From Asterias rubens (lineage: Eukaryota), in NCBI RefSeq assembly GCF_902459465.1, contig NC_047069.1, positions 8,928,001 to 8,992,000 of the forward strand: 64,000 nucleotides of DNA, written 5' to 3'. The notes beneath the pieces were generated by a model. The model searched no databases and was not told where the DNA came from. It saw nothing but the letters and a program-made list of their open reading frames with translations. How positions within the stretch are numbered: position 1 is the first letter of the stretch; every line of letters begins with the position of its first letter. Of the stretch, positions 56,519 to 64,000 are shown in pieces. The translations under genes and the position numbers were made by a program.

Positions 56519-59094
56519 TTCAAGTTTACTGCAAGACAAACAAACAAACAGGCAAAACAAAGTTAAGCAATATTAAAATCATATTGGTAAATGCACAGTT
56601 CGATTATTGTCATACTCATTATATCCATTGTGTTCCTCAAATTGCACAATGATAACAAAAAAGTCAGCTGCACAACAGGTCCCCTTGATTTAAACAACAT
56701 ATTGTGTAATAAAACTACAAACATTGTAAATTGAATCTACGTGAATTTCGAATTTCAAATTCCCGACATTGAAATGATGAGATTTAATCTAAAAAGTTTG
56801 ACAGCCCAAAAGCACTCTTCACAGTGATGTGGCTAGTGACTTAAGTTTGTTCACATTGGATTAATATTCAATTATTATCACAGGTGCCTTGACTTGGATC
56901 AACGAGACTGGGCTCCTGTCTTTATCCGCAAGGATCCGTTAGATCCAGTGATTCCATTAGATACTAAGTGCAGTGACATAGATGCCCAAACAGTCACTGC
57001 TGTCACTTTCGCAATAAAATTTACTCTATGTGAAATGACTGAGGTCAAAGGTTAAACTACACGCCGGCTTTGGATGCCGGTCTCTGGCATTATTCACGAG
57101 CCTCGAAGTGTGACATCAGATATTCAGGCTAGGATTAACCAAGACAATGATGAAACAAACCGACTGACAAAATATGAACCCATGAGGGCGCAACGCCAGT
57201 GACTTTTACCCAGATTTTTACAAATTTCGTGAACCAAGGCTGTGAACAATTGTTGAAAAGAAGCACAGCAAATAAAATTTAGAAAAACAAAGCAAGTACA
57301 GGGGACAATGATGTGCCTGCACTGGACTTTTTGGCTGGGTTATAGATCAGGTAGTTTGCCTGGGCAGAAGGTGGCCGGTTAAACAAGCCAGTTAAGTGGG
57401 TGAAATTTTCCAGCAGCCAATTTCACGAAAGAAGTGCTCAACTTGCGCCATGTCAGGAAGATTTTGTGAAATCGGCTGCAGGGCTGTTTAGAGTAGGAAT
57501 AATGATCCACACAAATTTGCCCCGAAATTGCATGGTTTTCCTTTTACTCTGCAACTAACACGGTCGGCCATTAATTTGACTCCCATAATGGCTGACCGCG
57601 TTAGTCGACGAGGTAAAAGGAAAACCACGCAATTTCGAGGCATATTTGTGTAGACCATTGTATTCTACTTTTACAACATCTTTCTAATCATTTATACATT
57701 TTATATCAAACGGTTACAAGACCTTTTTATAGACCAACTTGTCAGATCCAAGGCAACGTGTTCCTTTAAGGGGAGGGGGTCGTTGGGGTAAATATTCTGC
57801 CGGTCAAATGCCAGTAAGAACACCAACGAACCAGTGGGGAAAATATCAGTCAAAGTTTACCTGCTCGCTACTATAGATACACATACGAAAAGTTCATCCC
57901 CTCTCACAGCTGCATTTAAACAAAGAGCCAATCCCTGTCTGGCTTGAATTAATGCAAGTTCAACTCACAAGTAAGTAGCTTGGGAAACAAATTTTTTAAG
58001 ATAATAGACTAATAGTAACAAAATCTTTAGGTATAATTATGTGAATTTTTATCAAGAAAAAACTTTTGACTTCACATTTTGAAACTTCAAGATTACAACA
58101 ATTTTTTTTTTAGTAAACCTTGCAAGGGAAACTTCAAGATTACAAAATACATTTTTTCCCACCTTGCAAGGGTGCAAGACTCCATGCCCTAATATCATCA
58201 AAGCAACCATTCTTGTATGATGTATTGTATGTGACATGAAATGATTCATGTGGACTATAGCCTTTAGTCAAGGCGCACGCGGCACACCGGATAGCACGCA
58301 CAACCCCAAAAATGTAACGCACGAAAAAAGACTATCTTTAAGCACCCTGTCAACAATTTCCTCCTTGGCATGTAGGTTTTCAATCTCACCAGTTTTGTTT
58401 TAATGAACTTTCATTTAAAAGTATGTCCCCAGGCACCCTCGATCCAAATATGTAACTAAGAACGCTGATTAACTCTTTCCCCGTGCAAGCCTCAACAAAG
58501 CTGCATTTGGGCAATTCCACAGAAATGATACATCAAGGTGAAAAATGAACTTTTTGTATTAAAAGCTTAGTTTTCAGCGGAAACTCAATGAAGACAGCCT
58601 TTATTTGATGATTAAGTTAATAAAGAATAAATTGCATAATTGTCCAAAATGCTCCAAATGTAATGTCCGTAATGTCATGTTTTGTGCTCTAGAGACCAAA
58701 CATGCGACAAATTCTGTCAAATGTACCTCAACATCTTTTACACAATATCTAATTAACTATTTGGTACCAAAAATACTTGATGATGGGAATCCAAAACTCA
58801 CAGACTTTTGTACAAATAGATGGTGTGTCAACAAATGTTTATATTTAATAAATGAATGAGAGATACAGACTGAAATTCACAGTGTATGCTCTCTATACAG
58901 ACTACTATGTTGTGGTTTTGAAAGATTTTAGATAAACATTTGGCAAATGTGTTTGCTGAGCACTCTAACTTCTTAAAACTGTCTGAAATGTTATGTCCGT
59001 AATGCTCGAATTGCCCATTTCCCCTTTTGTAGGTTCTGTGTTTTTAGTGCGTATTCAAAATTAGCTTCTAACATTATCGACTTGCCGATGGCGG

Positions 59095-59350
59095 AGTGGG
59101 GAGTCAGCAGATCAGCAGAGTGATCAGCAGAGTGTGGGTTTGAATCCCCAGCCGTGACACTTGTGTCCTTAAGCAAGACACTTAACATTGATTTGTCCTT
59201 CGGATGGGACGTAAAGCCGTTGGTCCCATGTGTTGTGTAACGCATGTAAAAGAACTCAGTGCATGCACTTATCGACAAGAAAAGGGGTTCACCCGGTGTT
59301 CCTGGCTGTGGCTGCTGTATGCGCCGTAGCACTGTGTAAGCACTGTGTAA
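59095..59350 (+). mobile_element. tRNA-derived SINE type B, partial
   Basis: Matches the reverse complement of 52360-52570. Confidence 0.8.
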
Positions 59351-59509
59351 GCCATTACATGGTGTGCTAAGGATTAGGATTATACAAGAGCTGTGGGTTT
59401 CTGGATGGCTCCTCTCATCATTTACTATTATCTACCAAACTGTTGCTATATTATGCAATCTATTAATACACAAGTGAAAAATAAGCCAACAAGCCAACCA
59501 TGATACAGT

Positions 59510-60100
59510 TCTGGAAACATTGGCTTTCTCAGAATTTGTCAACTCTTTTAACCTGGAACAGCTTCTCAATGTTGCCACTCACCAACATGGCGACATGCTT
59601 GAATTTCAGTAACAATTTTTATTTTTTATTTGAGAGTCTTATCATCCTATACTGGCAGCTAAGACCTGAATTGCGAAGGACACAGCTAAAACGCGTTCGA
59701 GAAGCAGGCATGCAAGGGCTCCTTTGGCAGCCAGCCATATCAACCCATTATGACCTTGGAGCACAGCCAGAGATTGAAAGTGTTTGATCATTCCCTAATT
59801 TGTCTCTAATGTTTCTTCCACGCTCTACTTATCATCAGACCATGCAGCATTGACGCGTCTGCTTGTTATTGGCACACCAAAATGGAGATTCAACTCCGCA
59901 AAGTTCTGTGATAAGAAAATTGAAGCATTCCATACAAACCTCCAACTTTGACATCTTGGGAACAGCATTTCGAATATCAGAGAAAACCTTTGATGTTTTT
60001 TCACCAGTTGATGAACAGCAGAATGTTCAACCAATATTGCAAAATCAAAATCAACAACTTGCAGTCTTGATCCTGTTCCAACCTCCCTGTTAAAACGTTT
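59510..60100 (+). mobile_element. Decayed L2/CR1 LINE ORF2 fragment (endonuclease end to pre-RT region)
   Basis: FNLEQLLNVATHQHGDMLEF; FCDKKIEAF; KSTTCSLDPVPTSLLK. Confidence 0.75.
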
Positions 60101-63100
60101 TCTTTCCCCCCAGGAACATTAAGACTTCTTAAAAATAAACACAGAAGCGCAGTATGAAATGAAAAAAAAAACACATTATTGTTAACTTTGTAGTCACAAT
60201 ACTCTATAGTATCTTTTGAACTCGAAAAGGCACCAGCAGGAAGTCTTCAAATACTTTAATTTTTTGATATTAATTATTAAAAATCATTTGAACAAAACCC
60301 TGACTTATGGCCAAATGTAAATTTCTTATAAACCATGCGGGTAGCTCTGTCTCATCCATTGTTGTTAAGCTCAACCATTATTGTGATGTCATTGTCTCAC
60401 TCGTGAATATGCCCATGCAAGACATGGCAAGCTTGTTCCCCATAGTTCATGATTTCACTGTCTTATTATAATGTTGAGAATGCGAACAAGCCCGCAACAT
60501 GTCTGCTTGGCTAAATACCATACTAATTTGTCAATTTTATGTGTCTCTTCAGGAAACCTAAAGAGTAAAATGTCCCACTTAACCATGTATGCCCAACTGA
60601 AAATGCAAAATGCAATGAGTTACATATAGGCCCAATCATGTATTAATCAAATTTGTAATTTTTAGTTAAGTGGCTCTTTGTGAAATCGGTGATGATAGAT
60701 GTAATAGTTTGATTTGAATTCATGGTTTATTTTTTTATTCTTCCCTCATGAAGCTCCATTACACAAATTTATAAAGCATACCGGAATACCTTTCAACAGG
60801 TCAGTGCATGATTAAACCCAAACGCGAGATCCTCAATGCAGATTAACTAGCCAACGGTACGGCTGTGAATGTATACATGTACACTGTACATGTACAATTA
60901 GATAGCCCTGAAATGACTATAATTAGTATTACAAAATGACAAGACTTAGGTTTTGTAGAAAATTATGACTGCATAATTCTTTGAAGCACTGAGGTTTAAT
61001 TCCCTTCATGAGCAAAATATGTAGGAGTTCTACGTTAATCTGTCATTACTCTTCATTCCTCAACTTATGAAAGACCCAACTGTAATAGTCAGCTGCAGCA
61101 AAGCCCTTCTAACATTACAGAGACATTTAAAAGAAAATAAAACCCCAAGAAATTCCTTTTGAGTCTTAACCCCACCACCACCCCATGTTAATTATTTATC
61201 ACTCAATGTAATTTTCCTGACTAGAATGCACACTCCCCATGCTAAGTCCAGGGTAATCTGGCATTAACCTCACTACCAAGCAGAGGTACCTATTTTCAGG
61301 GAGTTTGCCTAGGTAAGTGATTCAAGTGTGAAAAGGTCTGCGAAATGTTCTTAGGAATTTCCTGGGAAATTTGTCTAGTGTGAAAGGGGCTTGAGAAGGA
61401 ACAGAATTCATTCTTGTATCTTGCCAGCAGTGAGGGCAAGGCCTAAAAGGACACATCGATAAGACAAATTAAAATTTTGACTGGAATTTTTTGGAAGTCT
61501 ATACCCATACGTACCTGTTGTAAGCTATTCAGTCGATTTTTGAAGAAGTCAACTGAACAAGTAATAATTTTGTTCTGCTAACAACTAATCGACACAGGGC
61601 ATTGGGCAAGTTGCACACTAGATGATAAATTTGTTACCAGTTTTTGTTATACTTTTGCCCTTTCCTGGACAGCCTTTACTTGTTTAATTGCATTGTCCGA
61701 AGAAAAAAAGAAAAATACAAAAATTAATCAATAAACACAATAACCTAAAAATGGAAATATTCAAGACTTTATTTCATTCACCTTTATCAAATGACTACCC
61801 AATGAGACTAGTTATGCGATTAGACAAGTCCACAGCCTTGTTCTCGGCTCATTTGATATTTTAATGTTATTGTATGGGACTTGAGTTAGAAGCCATATGA
61901 ATGATCTGTGCAGAACATCCATTGTCTTTTATGTGTTTTAACTGGCATTGTGCCTGTGGAACGCTGTTGGGAGAGCAATGTTCAGAATGATTGGTTTGTA
62001 TATACAAATTAACAACGAAACTTGTGCATCCCAGACTTGTACACGTATGTGAGACACAAGAGTGCTACATAGCAGAAAGATTAATATAAAATATACATTC
62101 TGTGCAGATTTAAATGAATTCTTCAAGATTCTCCCATTGTAATAAGTACTCCTCTTGATATTGGGTTGATTTGATAAATGTCTAGACATGAAGACAGGGT
62201 TTGATATTTTTAAATGTTCAAAACAATCAAATTTGTTGAGGACTATACTTTGAAGGAAAAAAAAATAACTTTAAGAACTTACAGTTTTCTCAAAAATCAT
62301 ATACCAGACCTCTTTTTGTTTTTGCTAGATACACAAATCTACGTGTAGCATTCAAGAAAGGACAGAATTCTGCCATTGTTTGTCATTGTATTCGGCTCAA
62401 TGCTAGGTTAGTCTGAGTGTTCCCTTATTCAAGCATACCATATGTAGCAGATTACCTGTTGTGGCTTACGGCCGAAATGTTTTACGATTTACCATTAAAA
62501 CGCATCTATACTCATATTTTTTCACCAGTAAACAATAGATTTGGGTACTTATTATGAGAACCTACATTTTCTTTGTACCTTTGTCCAATCAGGTTTTCAT
62601 TGTTGTGACAGCAGTATTTTCAGTCAGAAAGTTCAAAAAAATAATATTGTGCAGAGGCAAAATTTGTTTGAATACTGACCCGAAGTAGTTCTAATGCAAC
62701 ATAATATCTAAAAATGTTCAATGCCGTATTTTACGTTCACGAAAACAGTGCAATATACTTGCACTACACATTTTGTAAAAAAATTATTTGCGTTGACCAT
62801 AATACCACCAAACCTTCATCTCGTTATAAACTTCCTTTTTTGTCTTACAATCATGTTTAATTTAAATAGAAAAAAGTGTACGTGGGCCTCAGGTGAAAAC
62901 ACTTCAGACAACCTGTCACTTAATACATTTTGAAATATCAGTTTGTTTATTCCCCTACACGAAATCTATAATGGTTATTATAATAAAATATTTCAATTTC
63001 CCTGTTTACATGTACGGCATGATTATAACCAACAGCCTACGTAGCATTGACGTATACACATGAAGGGCTATGACAACTGACATAAATTTCTAGTGTCAAT

Positions 63101-63102
63101 AG

Positions 63103-63113
63103 AATGTAGGTCA
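63103..63113 (+). promoter_or_regulatory. Second identical RORE (AATGTAGGTCA) upstream of the candidate Clock 5' exons
   Basis: Exact fit to WAWNTRGGTCA; motif only. Confidence 0.45.
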
Positions 63114-64000
63114 TTCACCAACTATCAGCAATTCATGTGGGAACCTTAAGGAGCAATATGAAGACTTCATCCAAAATGGACTTGTTTACAAAAAGCACGT
63201 GAAGTTAATTATCATGTTCATAACTAATTGTGTATTAGAAACCGACATCCTTTTAAGCAGCAAGCACTGACTAACGATGTGTTTTACATAAATTGTAATT
63301 TAAATATTGCCGTGGGCCCTCTTCTCAGCTCACACATCGGTCACAATAAACGTCATTGAGACAACACCTTTTCTTTTTGATAATCACTTGTAAATTACAT
63401 GTTTACATGCAAAAAGTACAACTACTGGAAAATGGGCAGAGTTGTCCTCTTTGCCTACAGATCAAACCCCCTGAGTGCCCAGAAACCGCGACAACAATAC
63501 TCGACTGATGTAACAAACAAGGTGTCAAAGTCACCGTACATAAATTCTCTGTCTCCTAGTATTTTCTTTTGTAGAATATGAGTAACATTTTTAAAATTAT
63601 AGGTGCTTTTACAACAGCTCAGTTACTTGTTTTGCTGTCTTTAGTTTTAGAATACACTAATCAGTATAGAAGACAATATACTAGATTTGCCATTCCCCGG
63701 AGTAAAAATCACAATACAATTTTTACGAAGTGACGTTCAATGTGTTCAGGAATAATTAGGTGTTCGGGCCAACAGCCCGGAACACCTCTTATTTTTGTTC
63801 GTTTTTTAATTTTTATTGATACTTCTTCTTCTTCTTCTTCTCTACGCCCCTTGTCCCCCAACAAAAACATCTTTCCCAAACTCGTATGAACTTGAAACTT
63901 CGCACACAGTTAGATATTCACTAGGAGAGGAAAAATGTGTAGTTACGTCATGATGACGTAATCTATTCTTGAGTTATGAAAGTTCAAAGTTTATTATTTC

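Noticed and set aside
25416-63201. E-box (CACGTG) enrichment as Clock autoregulation
   Set aside because: About five seen (25416, 34208, 40975, 44342, 63196) against roughly six expected by chance; two are in transposons.

Overview
Intron-rich, AT-rich animal genomic DNA. The repeat families and protein sequences suggest an echinoderm, probably a sea star; that is an inference, not a database result. Three spliced protein-coding genes can be rebuilt by hand with GT-AG introns and consistent phases. (1) A 16-exon AtuA-family gene (acyclic-terpene-utilisation family; minus strand, 550-13186, 653 aa) with an N-terminal extension that looks like a mitochondrial presequence. (2) RFC3 (plus strand, 17483-22434, 8 exons, 356 aa). 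(3) Clock (minus strand, 29821-56518, 13 core coding exons, 846 aa, plus a candidate 66-nt in-frame cassette exon). The AtuA-like gene and RFC3 are head-to-head and would be only about 330 bp apart without a 3963-bp PIF/Harbinger-type element (TTA TSD) inserted 32 bp upstream of the AtuA ATG. Introns are packed with MITEs, hAT and Harbinger non-autonomous elements, a Helitron, L2/CR1 and RTE LINE fragments and tRNA-derived repeats, and several of these abut splice sites. Clock carries two identical RORE motifs in its 5' region, a polyQ tract next to the exon-19-like coiled coil, and substitutions at positions that in mouse CLOCK matter for phosphoregulation and CRY repression. Most entries in the supplied ORF track are spurious or are exon-plus-intron read-throughs.
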